Positions 43,430-56,714 of a stretch of 64,000 bases of DNA are shown piece after piece. Origin of the DNA: Octopus vulgaris (lineage: Eukaryota); contig OX597825.1 of the NCBI GenBank assembly GCA_951406725.2, positions 84,816,001 through 84,880,000 on the forward strand, in the 5' to 3' direction. The position numbers and the translations under genes are program-made. A model generated the notes under the pieces. The model was not told the DNA's origin. It searched no databases and saw only the letters and a list, made by a program, of their open reading frames with translations. Within the stretch, counting starts at the first letter, position 1, and each line of letters begins with the position of its first letter.

Positions 43430-44410
43430 TTCTTTTATTCTTTTACATCTTTCAGTCACTTGACCGCAGCCATGCTGGAGCCCCGCCTTTAGTCGAAAAA
43501 ATCGACCCGAGGTCGTTTTCTTTGGAAGCCTAGTACTTATTCTATCGGCGTCTTTTGCCGAACCGCTTCGTTATGGGGACGTAAAGACAGACACACAAAT
43601 ACATCAACACACGCTCACATATACATATCCATATACACATAAAAACATATATTGGGGGAAGAGTTTACGAAAAAAACGAAAAAAACAAACAGATGTATTA
43701 GTATAACGCTCAGGAATTGAAAGAGTCTTTTACGTTTCAAGCCTACGCTCTTCTACAGAAAAAAACAAGGGGTGAAACAAGGAAAGAAAAAAAAAGTTTG
43801 TAGTGGCTACCGATCTCTCTCTCTCTATATATATATATAATTATATTTTCATACGCACTATTACAAATATCCACCTTGTTGCATACAATAATATGCTCAT
43901 CCGTAGAAACGCATACATACGCAGGGAGAGGAAATGTGTCCTGAAAATGTTATACAGTGACACACAAAGGCGTACATAGAAATATATATATATATAGTGG
44001 TATAGAAATTAGTGCTGTATACAGGGCAGTTGTGATAAGGTAATTTTTTAAAAATATATATACGCGTGGCTACGTGGTTAGAAGCTTGCTTCCCAACCAC
44101 ATGGTTCCTGGTTCAGTCCCACTGCGTGGCACCTTGGAAAAGTGCCTTCTACTATAGCCTCGGGCCGACCAACGCCTTGTAATTTGGTAGACGGAAAATG
44201 AAAGAAGCCCGTCGTATATATACATATATATTTGTATATGTATGCATTTGCGTGTCTGTGTTTGACCCCACCATCGCTTGACAACGGTTGTTAGTGTGTT
44301 TACATCACCTTAAACACACCAACATTGCGGTTCAGCAATGGATAACCGATCGAATAAGTACTAGGCTTACAAAGAATAAGTCCTGGAGTTGATTTCTTTG
44401 ACTAAAGGTG
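43430..44410. mobile_element. SINE B tail half (-, 43430-43600) and SINE B (+, 44063-44410)
   Basis: Family B motifs. Confidence 0.85.
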
Positions 44411-44514
44411 ATAAATAAAAGAATAAACGAATATGAGAAGGATATACAAAGAAAATTCTACACAATGTAGAATTTAACAGTGAAAATTATAATATATGTA
44501 TATATATATATATC

Positions 44515-44775
44515 GCACTCCCACGGTTACGACGACTAGGGTTCCAGTTGATCCGATCAACGGAAGGGCTCCTTTGAAACACAAGTAGAATAGAAACAGA
44601 AAGAAATAGTGAGACAAAGTTGTAGTGAAAGACTACAGCAGGGCTCGCCACCACCGGAGCCTCGTGGAATTTTAGGCAATTTCGCTCAATAAACACTCAC
44701 AACGCTCGGTCTGGGAATCGAAACCGCATTCCTGCGACTGCGGTTCGCTGCCCTAACAACTGGGCCATTGCACCT
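44515..44775 (-). mobile_element. SINE family C variant
   Basis: tRNA-like head shared with the 11536 copy; tail shared with the 38436 copy. Confidence 0.85.
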
Positions 44776-45181
44776 TCACATACATTTATGCATACATAAT
44801 TATATGAATGATTATATATATATATATACGTAGACCTCTGCATATTTAAGTGTATGCATATGTGGGTGTATAAGTATATACATAATTGTGTGTGAGCGTT
44901 TGCGCGCTTGTGTGTGTGTGTACGTGTGCGTGCATGTGTGTGTGTGTGTGTACAAATGACTTTATCCATGTGTGAATGTAGCACTTTGTTGTATTAACGC
45001 ATCCGTGTAACGAGCGAATTCCTGACTATGTACAAAGTATATAGATGATCTAATGAAAATTGAGGTTTATTTCTGTCTTCATTTCTTTGTGTGTATACGT
45101 ATGTATTTACATACGCACACACACACACACACACACAGATACATACAAAGACACTCTCATACGCATATACATACATGTGCT

Positions 45182-45233
<52 letters not shown>

Positions 45234-45274
45234 GCAGAAGTACAGAGTGACTCAACGTACGAGAGTTTCACGCG

Positions 45275-45323
<49 letters not shown>

Positions 45324-45392
45324 CAATGCATGTATCTATCTATCTATCTATACATACATATATTCCAACGTATACATATATATACATACACA

Positions 45393-45440
<48 letters not shown>

Positions 45441-45926
45441 TACATATATGTATGTATGTATGTATGTACGGATGTTATTCTTGTACAAGATTGTTGTAGA
45501 GAGTGACCTCGAAGCTTCGGCAATGTGGGCCGTCGTATAGAGGAGCGCATCAGATTCATGCAAAGTGGATTTCATTGCAAGTGGACATAAAGAAAAAAAC
45601 AAACAGTAATACTACACACCCACATATTGTGTAGAATTGTCATTAAGGAAACTACTGTCCACAATTATTGAGTGATAATATCACCTCTGAGGAACGTTTT
45701 AACACATCTACACACATGCGCGCGCGCGGTGAGACACATACACTCACTCACACGCATGCACGCAAGCACGCACACATATAGTAGTGGTTGTGGGGTAAGA
45801 TATTGTCTCGAGTTCAATCCCTCGGTATGGGACCTTGGGCTAGTGTCACCTGCTGTAGTCTCGGTCCTTGCGAGGAGAGTGGGAAGACGGACATTGAAAT
45901 TGAAAGACGACCGTTCTGTGTGTGTG

Positions 45927-45962
<36 letters not shown>

Positions 45963-46218
45963 AACACACACACATACATACACACACACACACTTATCTG
46001 CTTGTGACTGCGTGCCTTTTGCTTTTCTCCGTCACCGCTTGACAGCCGGTGTTGCTTTCTTTACATCCCCGTAACTTAATATGTCAGAAAAAAACTATAA
46101 AAATATGTACCATAGAAGAAACTATAGAGACTACTATAGAAGAAACTATAGAATATGTACTAGTGCACACACACAAACACACACAGATCTATATGTATAT
46201 ATACACTCGCACATATAT

Positions 46219-46473
46219 ATTCTTTTCTACTCTAGTCACAAGTCCCGAAACTTTGGGGTGCTGGGCTAGTTGATTAGATCGACCCCGGTGCGTAATTTGT
46301 ACTTATTTAGTCGACCACGAAAGGATGAACGGCAAAGTCGACCTCGGCGAAATTTGATCTCAGAACGTAGCGACAGACGAAATACGGCTACGCATTTCGC
46401 CCGGTGTGCTAACGTTTCTGCCAGCTCGCCGCCTTACTCACACATACACGCACACACACACACGCATACACAC

Positions 46474-46516
<43 letters not shown>

Positions 46517-46763
46517 CACATATATATATATATTAAAAGGCGGCGAGCTGGCAGAATCGTTAGCACGCCAGGCGAAATACGTAGCCGTATTTCGTCTGTC
46601 TACATGTTCTGAGTTCAAATTTCGCCGAGGTCGACTTTGCCTTTCATCCTTTCGGGGTCGATAAATAAAGTAGCAGTTACGCACTGGGGTCAATGTAATC
46701 GACTTAATCCCTGTCTTCGTTTGTCCCCTCTATGTTTAGCTTCTTGTGGGCAATAAAGAAATA
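46219..46763. mobile_element. Head-to-head pair of SINE A copies (46219-46433 minus, 46539-46763 plus)
   Basis: Both begin GGCGGCGAGCTGGCAGAA; the ~105-bp spacer is CA/TA microsatellite. Confidence 0.92.
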
Positions 46764-47509
46764 TATATGTATATTAAACGATACACCAACAAATAAAAAT
46801 GCATTCAGACATACACAGATGGAAGCTATATGCAACTACACAGTACCTTGGCTGAATTAAGATATACACGCACTAACATATACATTCACATACAAACACA
46901 CACACACACACACACAGTCACTGACGCACACACGCGTAAATGCGGATTCATGCACACAAGAACACATGCGGCGCCCATAAAAAATTGTGCAACGCAGCTG
47001 TGTATGGATGCATGCTCGTCTGCATGTCAGTTGATGTGCAACAAAGATATGCTTCCTATAAGCGTGTGAGTGTGAACGAGTGCGTGCACGCTCGCGATAT
47101 ACGCCGCACCAACACTGCAAAACTTTTAAACAGATGGACACACACACACACACGAATCTACACATATCTATACACACATGTCTACACACATGAATACACA
47201 CGTACGCATTAACACAGACACTCGCACACACCTGACATGCATAAAATGTGCGAAAACATGCACATGCATGCATTCAAAGACACACATATGCACGGTGTTA
47301 ATTTCTACACGCTCTGCGTGTAATGACGCAAGCATGCGCGTGCACACATGCAACAAAGCAATACATATTTTAAACAGCTAACGAACAGTTCTGTTGGATA
47401 TAAAGCTTAGCTATCCTTATATGGTATGTGGTTTCGAATCCTTGTTAAGTTAGTTGTTTTCTTTTTTATTTAATTTTGTTGTTTTGATGTAGCTTTCTTT
47501 TCGTCTTCA

Positions 47510-47670
47510 CTTATTTCCTAACCAAATGGTTCGAGGTTCAGTCCCTCGGCGTGGCACGTTGGTGTCTTCATTAGAAGCCCTGTGAGCGGTGTTCGTAGAC
47601 GGAAACGGAAAGAAGCCCGTCATGTGTGTGTATGTGTGTATATATATACACACACATGTACACACACACA

Positions 47671-47729
<59 letters not shown>

Positions 47730-47744
47730 CATACATACATAAAC

Positions 47745-47776
<32 letters not shown>

Positions 47777-47790
47777 ATGTATGTTTATCA

Positions 47791-47845
<55 letters not shown>

Positions 47846-48150
47846 GCACATATTTTTTGTATGTATGTAAGTATGCATGTGTAAATACATATATATGTGT
47901 GTGTGTATTTGTGTGTCTTTGCTTCTCCGTTTGTCTCCTACTCCTCCTTGATAATCGGTTTTTTGGTTAATCGCTGTTGGTGTGTTTACGTCCTAGTAAC
48001 TTAGCGGTTCAGCACAGAAACCGACAGAATAAGCATCCGATTTAAAAAGAAATAAGTAGTGAGGTCGATTAGTTCATTCAATAAACATCGAGGCGGTACC
48101 CCAACATGGCCGCACTGCTCCAGCACGGCCGCACTGCTCCATCATGGCCG
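47510..48150 (+). mobile_element. SINE B with expanded internal microsatellite and an 18-bp triplicated tail motif
   Basis: Family motifs; CATGGCCGCACTGCTCCA repeated at 48105-48150. Confidence 0.8.
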
Positions 48151-48244
48151 TAGTCTGACGAGTGCATGGTGAAATATCTTCCACGCATAACCGCCTAGTC
48201 TTACAATTGCTTTTAGAGAGGCAATTCAATTTATTTTGAGCATA

Positions 48245-48386
48245 AATTGCCTGATATTTCTAGGAGTTCGAATACCTGCTGAATGTTGATGATAATTTGA
48301 CTGGTTTTTCTAGGAGGTCGAACACCTGATGAATGTTGTGGACTATTTGGTTGCTATTTCTAGGAGGTCGAACACATGAAGAACGT
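48245..48386 (+). repeat. Three-copy 50-bp minisatellite
   Basis: TTTCTAGGAG(G/T)TCGAA(C/T)AC recurs, with TAGGAG at 48261, 48311 and 48361. Confidence 0.9.
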
Positions 48387-48429
48387 CACCTGGTTTCCGC
48401 CTATTTACTTGCACACACTCATAAAGATT

Positions 48430-48950
48430 ATGGATCACACGAACACACGCGCAAGCGATGCACCAATACATACACACACACAGACACACGCATGCACACA
48501 ACCGCACGCATATATGAATGACACACACATGTACACACACAAATGGAAACGCGCACACAGCCACACGCGCGCACATACATACATACACACATACACACAC
48601 ACACAAATGCACACATATGCACACGAGCACGCACGCACGCAGTCAGGCACACACATACATACACATGAACATATGCGCACGAGTACGCACGCGCACACAC
48701 ACATGCAGACACGCACATACATAGGCATATACACTCACACACAAATATTCACATGCACACATGTATAGACACTTGCAACGCGCACAGGCACACACACATA
48801 ACAAACGCAACGCGCGCGCACAGATACACAGAAATGTACATACACATGCTTGCACGTACACGCACACGCACATACATGCAAATACACATACATACACATG
48901 CACGCGCCTACAGACAAGCGCACACACTACAACACACAAACACACATTTT
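48430..48950. repeat. Degenerate (CA/CG/TA)n alternating tract
   Basis: Direct reading. Confidence 0.92.
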
Positions 48951-49010
48951 GCCCGTCTGCTTTTCTTAAAGGTAGAGTTCCGCTATCATCTCAATGTTCC
49001 TAGAAACCAA

Positions 49011-49410
49011 GGCAGCGCGCTGGCAGAATCGTTAGCACGCCGGGCGAAATGCTTTGCGGTATTTCGTCTCCCGCTACGTTCTGAGTTCAAATTCCACCGA
49101 GGTCGACTTTGCCTTTCATCCTTTCGGGATCAATTAAATAAGTACCAGTTACGTACTGGGGTCGATGTAATCGACTTAATCCGTTTGTCTGTCCTTGTTT
49201 GTCCCCTCTGTGTTTAGCCCCTTGTCGGTAGTAAAGAAATAGAAATAGGTATTTCGTCTGTCTTTACATTCTAGGTTCAAATTCTTCTGAGGTCGACTTT
49301 GCCTTTCAACATTTCGGGGTCGATAAATTAAGTACCAGTTGCGTACTAGGGTCGATGTAATTGACTGGCCCCTTCCCCGAAAATCTCGGGCCTTGTGTAG
49401 AAATAATATT
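49011..49410 (+). mobile_element. SINE family A dimer
   Basis: Head, long tail ending GAAATAG, junction at 49248/49249, second core, short tail. Confidence 0.92.
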
Positions 49411-49934
49411 CCTAGAACCCTTTGTCATCTCAAACTAAACCATTACCATTTTCTGTAGCAGAGAAACACAGGTATAATGATCATAGCGCCGGACGAAATA
49501 CCAGCAAGTCTGTAACTTAGCATTCGGAGTTCAAATCACACCTAGGTTGGAAATACTTGTCATTACTTTGGGTCTGAAGGAGTAAATACCATATTGAATC
49601 ATCGCTAACATTTGGTAGCATTGTGCCAAATTAGTTATAATTATTAAAGAAAACACTAACTCCGGGAAAGAGAGGCCATTTTTGTGACAGGAGTGGTGGT
49701 GTGGAATCGGAGATATTGACCCAAGCACATAGCTGGTATTTTAAGATTAAAACGGTAGTATTTGAATTAAAAACGCCAAGGGATTGATGTAAATAGGTGG
49801 TGGGAATATGTTGTTGCCCACAGTCTGTTGATATAGGCATGTGTTTGTGACTGTATAGGTATATATACCTGGGTAAACACATAAATGTGAAACAAGGTGG
49901 AAAAAAAGAGTACTCAAATACCAGTGGCAGAGTA

Positions 49935-50050
49935 ATATACTTTATTTAAAGCAGCAGAAAATTCAACAAAACCTGTTACTCTGAGTTTCACGTTGCCGGC
50001 AACGTGAAACAGGTTTTGTTGAATTTTCTGCTGCTTTAAATAAAGTATAT
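49935..50050. repeat. Spacer-less fold-back palindrome
   Basis: Arms 49935-49997 and 49998-50050, centred on GCC|GGC; the right arm lacks 10 nt. Confidence 0.95.
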
Positions 50051-50099
50051 ATATATATATATATATTTATACACCAGCATGTGTGTGTGTGTTATGTGT

Positions 50100-50193
<94 letters not shown>

Positions 50194-50759
50194 ATTCCCC
50201 TCCCACGAAAGTGGTTTGGATGTGAAATGTACTCAAGGGAGAGAAAAAAATAACTATGTAAAGTTCCAGAGGTCAGAAATCCTGCCGATGTGAGCATTTC
50301 ATTGAAAGGGAATGCGAAAGAGGATGTTTGCGGACGACTGTTACAAAAGCTACAGATTTCTGCCCCGATTCGAAAATCACATAAAATACCTTAGTATTTC
50401 GTTAGGGGACATTTTTGAATTTGAGTCTTGGGACTCATAAGAACGGTTCCCTGGCTTCCATGGCGTATAAGTGACGGAGATCACAGGAGTCCCCTTGAAC
50501 AAGACACCGGTTCGTGGGAGGATTCAATACCAGTAACTGTTGAAGAAAGGGTACAAATTAAGTACTTTATTTTATCGATTCAGTAGGGATAAAAGGAAAT
50601 ATTGATCTGGGTAATATTTGAACTCAGAATACAATGAGTTGGAAAAAACGATGCAAAACATTTTGTCCGGCGTGCCAACGATTCTGCCAGGACGGCACTT
50701 TTGACTAAGGTATAAATCCAGATGTATACCTCCTAAAATATATTACGGCATTTGGCTAA

Positions 50760-51135
50760 GTGGCCATGTCGGAAAGCGGATGTTTCCAAACAATGTGACC
50801 AGCTCACATCTGTTTTGCCTCTACACAATGTAAGCGGAACAGTTAAAATATGGAGGACATTTGTCGCTGTCGCGATGCGAGGATACTATCTTCTTATAAC
50901 ACATCAATACGGCAGACAGAATGCAATATTCGGGAGCAAATAAGAAAGAAGAACATTAAGGCTTACAGAAACTCTAAGATGAAGGTAACAACGACATCAT
51001 TACAAAGGTTAAGGGATGATTGTCTTAAACAAACTACATTGGATAGAATAAGCTGTGTTGTCTGGAATACAGAGAAAAAAACCCAGACAAAACAACAAAT
51101 AAACACATTGGAATTAATGGATCCAAATAAATTTG
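50760..51135 (+). pseudogene. Probable RTE-clade LINE 3' remnant
   Basis: RK..KQC..VLP..W and CNIREQ fragments resemble the RTE KRKVFxQCVLP..ETW / IRxRT region. Confidence 0.35.
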
Positions 51136-51151
51136 GTGGAACCAAATAATA

Positions 51152-51534
51152 CTCTTTTACTCTTTTACTTGTTTCAGTCATTTGACTGTGGCCATGCTGG
51201 AGCACCGCCTTTTTTTAGTCGAGCAAATCGACCCCAGGACTTATTCTTTGTAAGCCTAGTACTTGGTCTCTTTTGCCGAACCGCTAAGTTACCGGGACGT
51301 AAACAAACCAGCATCGGTTGTCAAGTGATGTTGGGGGGACAAAAACAGGCGCACAATCATATAAACACAGACATACATATATACGACGGGCTTCTTTCAG
51401 TTTCCATCTAACAAATCCACTCACAAGGCTTTGGTCGGCCCGAGTAGAAGACACTTACCCAAGGTGCCACGCAGTGAGACTGAACCCGGAAACATGTGGT
51501 ATGTAAGCATGCTACTTACCACACAACCACTCCT
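51152..51534 (-). mobile_element. Full-length SINE family B
   Basis: Reverse complement is colinear with 12120-12522. Confidence 0.92.
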
Positions 51535-51539
51535 ATGAC

Positions 51540-51720
51540 TATAAAAAAATAACCGAAGAATTAAAACATAATCGATCTGATGTTGTGGTTTGGAACCATA
51601 AATTAACGATATGCACAGGAAGGTCCGCTGATATCAAAGAGGTAAGGAAAATAGTGAAGAAGAAAAAAGGATAGATTTATGAGCAAGTGATAATGTTTGT
51701 CGAAAACCAATGGAGAAAAT
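51540..51720 (+). mobile_element. R4/Dong-clade RLE fragment
   Basis: KHNRSDVVVWNHKLTICT..ADIKEVRKIVKK matches HNRPDIVVW..C..PAD..K..EK. Confidence 0.6.
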
Positions 51721-52467
51721 TGGCGGCGAATAATGACCGATTGGTTAGTGGACCCGAGCGACCGCTTCGTGGTATGTGTTTGACTCCATTTGAGGTTCAA
51801 GTTCTGCTGAGATCAACATTACCCTTCCTCTATTTTGAATTGACAACATAGAACTAATCCAGAGTGATGAATTGTTATGCTTGCCTTCTGTAACTTATTG
51901 TAGTTCTTTGTATCTCAAGTTCAATTCGCAACGTAGCCTGTGTGGGTAGTAGACTTAATTCATTGCCACGCGTAGAATTAATTTTGGTTTGGCGGAGGAA
52001 TCCGTTCTGCTGAAGAGCTTCGGTTCGAAGACACCTTCTTAACTCTACCACCCAGTTTCCGAGCCTCGCTAAAAGGAATGCGGGCATTGCCGACATGATT
52101 GACATAAATCGCGACAAAATCTAAATATTTTATAATCATTAACTTAGAGTATTTATTTATTCGGTGAGAGAGGACGTAGATTCCAGATTCAGATGTCCGA
52201 AATAAGTACGATACTTGGGTTAATAATCTTCAGAAGTTTTGAATTAAAGGGTGAATGCTGGCCAAAAGATAGGGAGAAATAAACTGAAAAACTTCAATTA
52301 AAGAAAAAGATAGGAGACTACTTTATTGAAGTTGTAGAAATTCCAATAAAAGAGCCATAATTCTGGTCTAGAAACCAGCTCCGTTGTCTATTCAGAAGAA
52401 ATTATAGATAAACTGTGATGCATGTGTGTGTGTGTGCGCGCATGTTGGTGTGTGTAAACATACATAC

Positions 52468-52505
<38 letters not shown>

Positions 52506-52559
52506 AATAAGAAATTATAATATATTAATATATTAAAAATATTCTACATGATTTATATT

Positions 52560-52900
52560 AACGGTCGTACCTTAGCAAGTCAAACCTAAAGGCAAATTAA
52601 TAAAGAAGGCTACTCTTATTTCTAGGAATTGACGCTACTATTTGGTAACCTTGTTTAATAACTTGTCTTTAGATTGAGTTGCTAACAGGCCATCGATATT
52701 ATAATATGTGTTGTATAGTTTTAATACATTAATATATTATAATATCATATTGTATTTACACTATACACTTTGACCGTTTTGAATTTAGCGCTGGCTTTCA
52801 ACAGTTTCTCTGATGCGTTTTTAACCCGGAGTAACGGTGACATCTTTGGATGATAACTAAGATTATAATCACCCGAGTTCGAAATCATGTGATAAGGATA
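52560..52900 (+). mobile_element. Penelope-like 3' remnant with degenerate HHR (52842-52899)
   Basis: KLIKKATLI..PCL, then ATCTT-TGGATGA-TAACT..AGTTC-GAAA-TCATGTGA-TA-AGGAT. Confidence 0.45.
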
Positions 52901-53338
52901 TATCTATGTTTACTTCATTTTCTCAGTATATCTCACCATGGAAAGGCCCTTTAGCTTGCTCCCTGGCTTTCCGTCAATTCATGATGTTAGTGCTGTGTGT
53001 GGCTAGTTTGTGTCGCTTTGACTCTTACTTCTCGCAATTGCCCTTAATATACATATGCATAGAATTGTAAGTATTTGTACACTCATATATATATAGACAT
53101 ACAAGTACAACAATACTTTTGTGAACGGGAGAAAAGTTACATGAAGTTTGTTGAAAGCGATCTACCTGGCGGCCCTTGTGTTACTTGGTGGATTTCTTTC
53201 GACTAAAGATAAAAGGAATATTTACACTCGTGGATACTGGAGTTTTTTCTACCATTTTGTCTGTAAAATGGGTGCCTGTGGGGGTTCCCTTGTGTGCTTC
53301 GGTGTATAGGCTTCAGTGCGTAGGAATGTGTATGTGAA

Positions 53339-53339
<1 letters not shown>

Positions 53340-53384
<45 letters not shown>

Positions 53385-53661
53385 TATACATATATGCATA
53401 TATATATAAGTATATAAACATATATATATACATATATATATATGTATATAGATATATATGCATATTTATACATACATGTATATATATATACACACACACA
53501 TACATATATACATATGTATATATATGCGCATAAATGTAGATATATATTTATATATATAAATATATATGCATATATATATAAACATATATATATATATATA
53601 TGCATATATATGCATATATATATAAGTATATAAACATATATATATACATATATATATATAG

Positions 53662-53742
<81 letters not shown>

Positions 53743-53745
53743 TGA
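53340..53745. repeat. (TA)n/(GATA)n compound microsatellite
   Basis: Direct reading. Confidence 0.97.
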
Positions 53746-55119
53746 TTGCAAGTATTAATGCATGTATGTATGTATGTATGTATCCTTGTATACTAGCGCA
53801 TAAACGCATGTATGTCAGCGTAAATAGCGAAAGAGATATGTTTGACGTGCACACACACACACACAGTGTGTGATATATAGATAGATAGATACATAGAGAG
53901 AGGGAGAGAGAGAAAGAGAGAGAGAGTGAGAGAGACTGTTAGAGCAAGATAGACCTACAGTAACAGATAGTCAGAGAGAGTTGGAGGAAAGCAGTTAAAC
54001 TGATGGAGAGTGAAGGAGAGAGAGAGACGAGAGAGTGCAGCAACCTCGTTATCACTCACTCTATAACTAATCAAGTCTACATTAACTGCTGTAGGTTTCG
54101 GTAACGACAGGACTATCACAATTGTCTCCCTTAGACTGTTCCTTCCACGTATATCACCTATATACAGATATATATATATCCATATATATTATATATACAT
54201 GGCAATTGTATAATTATATTTCATTAACAGCAAGCGAATGCGAACGTGGTTAATTACAAGGCAGGCTGATGAACCAAATGAAAGAAAATGTTTGCCAACG
54301 TGTAGACGTATACTTTCTCTTGTACTTTGGGAGGTCATTGTATTGTGTAAATCCGCTCCCTAAACTGTGTGTGTATGCATAAAAGGATATTAGTGTCTAC
54401 CTTTTTTTTCTATTCCTCGTGTTATGCATCTACATGCATTTACTCGTGCACGCGCGTATATATAAATACATATATTCATATATATGTACGTATAAACCCC
54501 CATATATATACATATATATATATGTTTATATGCATATATATAAATATATATGTATATATATATATATGTATATATATACATATACATATATATATATATG
54601 TATATATGTATATATACATATATATGTATATATATACATACATATATACATACAATGGGTTTCTTTCAGCTTCCCTTTACTAAATCCGTTCACAAGAATT
54701 AGGTTGGAGCAGGGCTATAGTAGAAGACACTTGCCCAAGGTGCCGCGCAGTGGGACTGAAACCAGAAACATGTGGTTGGCTGGCAAGCTTCTTACCACAC
54801 AACTACTTTAACTGCGTTGGATCTTTAGCCTATAGTGGACCAAGGAATGCGTCGCCAAAATGCTCAGGTGACTTTACGCATCCGCTTGGTATTCAATCCA
54901 TACTTGTTAGTATATGCGTAACTGGAATTTACTTTAATCAGTATATTAGTGTCTGTACGCACTGCTAGTGCATAGGTAAGGAATCCCTAACTTTACCTTG
55001 CTGCCTCTCTTTTTCTAAATACCTTGATTCCAGCGTACCTTAAAAATGTTGCTTTATATACAAGTTTGCAAAGGGGTCTGCCTCAGTTCGCTATAAGACA
55101 GGGCCACTATTCGGTAAAA

Positions 55120-56680
55120 ACGGCTTAATAACTCCAGAAGAGGTAACCATCGATTACGTCAACATAACAGAAGTGGATGCAATATTGGCCATTGATGAAA
55201 TGAGATCAAACTAAGCAACAGGTCCACATTGACTCCTGGCTGTTGTCTTAAAGACATGTAAAAAGGCTCTTGCGAAGCCACTGCAGATACTCTTTCAGAA
55301 TTTCCTTGCACGTGGCAAACTACCCAACATGCTAAAAGAGGGTATAATATGCCCTGTCCATAAAGGAGGGAACGGAGCAATGCTAAAACTAGAGGCCCAT
55401 CTCTCTGACATCAGCAAGACAATGTATCGAATTGTCAGAAAAAGGCTGATCACGTTCCTAGCAGAAAACTCCGTCCAGGGAGGAACTGCCTCACACAGTT
55501 GCTGCAGCACTTTGACCGGGTACTGAAACAACAGCTAAACCACTCAGCTGTAGACGTGATATATCTTGACTATGCCAAGGATTTGGACAAGATTGATATG
55601 TCACAAGCTGCAAAATCTTGGTATTACCGGGAAACTGGAAGCGTGGGTGCACGATTTTCTGCAGGGCAGGAGTCAGACAGTTGTAGGCAATTGTTCTCAC
55701 TCTGAAGAAACATCAATTATCAGCGGAGTCCCACAGGGAAATTATACTGGGGCCACTATTATTTGTGGTGGCCCTGTCAGACATGCCCTCTGCGGTACAG
55801 TCAGCCAATCTGACCAGTTATGCTGACGACACAAAAGTAACGCAGGCAGTTAGGAACCGAGAGGACAACATAAAACTGCAGAAAGATCTGAACGAAATCT
55901 ACAAATGCGCTAACAAAAATAATATGTAGTTGAATGCTATGAAATTTCAGGCACTCCACTATTGGTCCAACAAAAGGCTAAAATCAGAATACATTAGTCC
56001 AGAAGGTAATATGATCCCAGACTCAGAGTCGGTGTGTGACCTGGAGGTTTACATGAGCAGTGATGCAACATTCCATGTACATATTACCATGATGGCAACA
56101 TTGTGCAAGTAAGTGGCTTGATGCATTCTGAGGACATTCAGAACGAGGGAAAGGGAGGCCCTGCTACTCCTATGGAGCACTTTCCTTTTAAGCCGCTTGG
56201 ACTACTGCGCCCAACTATGGTCCCCAGAGACTGTGACACAAACTGTGGAACTCGAAGCAATCCAGCACCAATACACAAAGAAGATTGACTTAATGCAAAA
56301 GATCGGCTGCTGGGAGAGGCTAAAGGAGCTGAGTCTCTATTCCCTGAAGAGAAAACAAGAGTGATATGCGGTGATATATATTTGGAACATTTTGGAGGGT
56401 TTAGTTACCAATTTTGGAATTGGCAGCTATACCAATCCTCGAACTGGACGGCACTGCACCATGCCAAAGATCCCGTCTTCTAAAATAAAACTGCAATAGT
56501 CTGGCTTTGAAGGGCCTGCAAGTGTTCAACATTCTTCTGGGCAACCTTAGAGATCTACATTGTGTTGATTTTAAGGAACGTCTGGACATGTTTCTATCTG
56601 AAATACCAGACGAACCCACATCGCTGCAGAGAGACGCAAAAAAGAGCAGCTCCGTCCAACTCACTGCTTCAGCATAAACT
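55120..56680 (+). mobile_element. 5'-truncated, decayed CR1/L2-group LINE (ORF2 reverse transcriptase)
   Basis: LKTCKKALAKPLQILF..IICPVHKGG, VDVIYLDYAK, SGVPQG, LGPLLF, YADD (55819-30), SRLDYCAQLWSP, LEAIQ; multiple stops and frameshifts. Confidence 0.95.
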
Positions 56681-56714
56681 ATAATTGGAAACAACACTTG
56701 GCACTTCTTCGTAG

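Noticed and set aside
46101-46155. 12-bp repeat encoding TIEE
   Set aside because: Short slippage repeat at a SINE tail; no coding context.
48245-48386. CRISPR-like repeat/spacer pattern
   Set aside because: The spacers resemble each other, there are only three units, no cas genes, and the context is eukaryotic.
52005-52035. CTGAAGAGC-TTCG-GTTCGAAG hammerhead-like motif
   Set aside because: GAAG instead of GAAA; no helix III or cleavage triplet.
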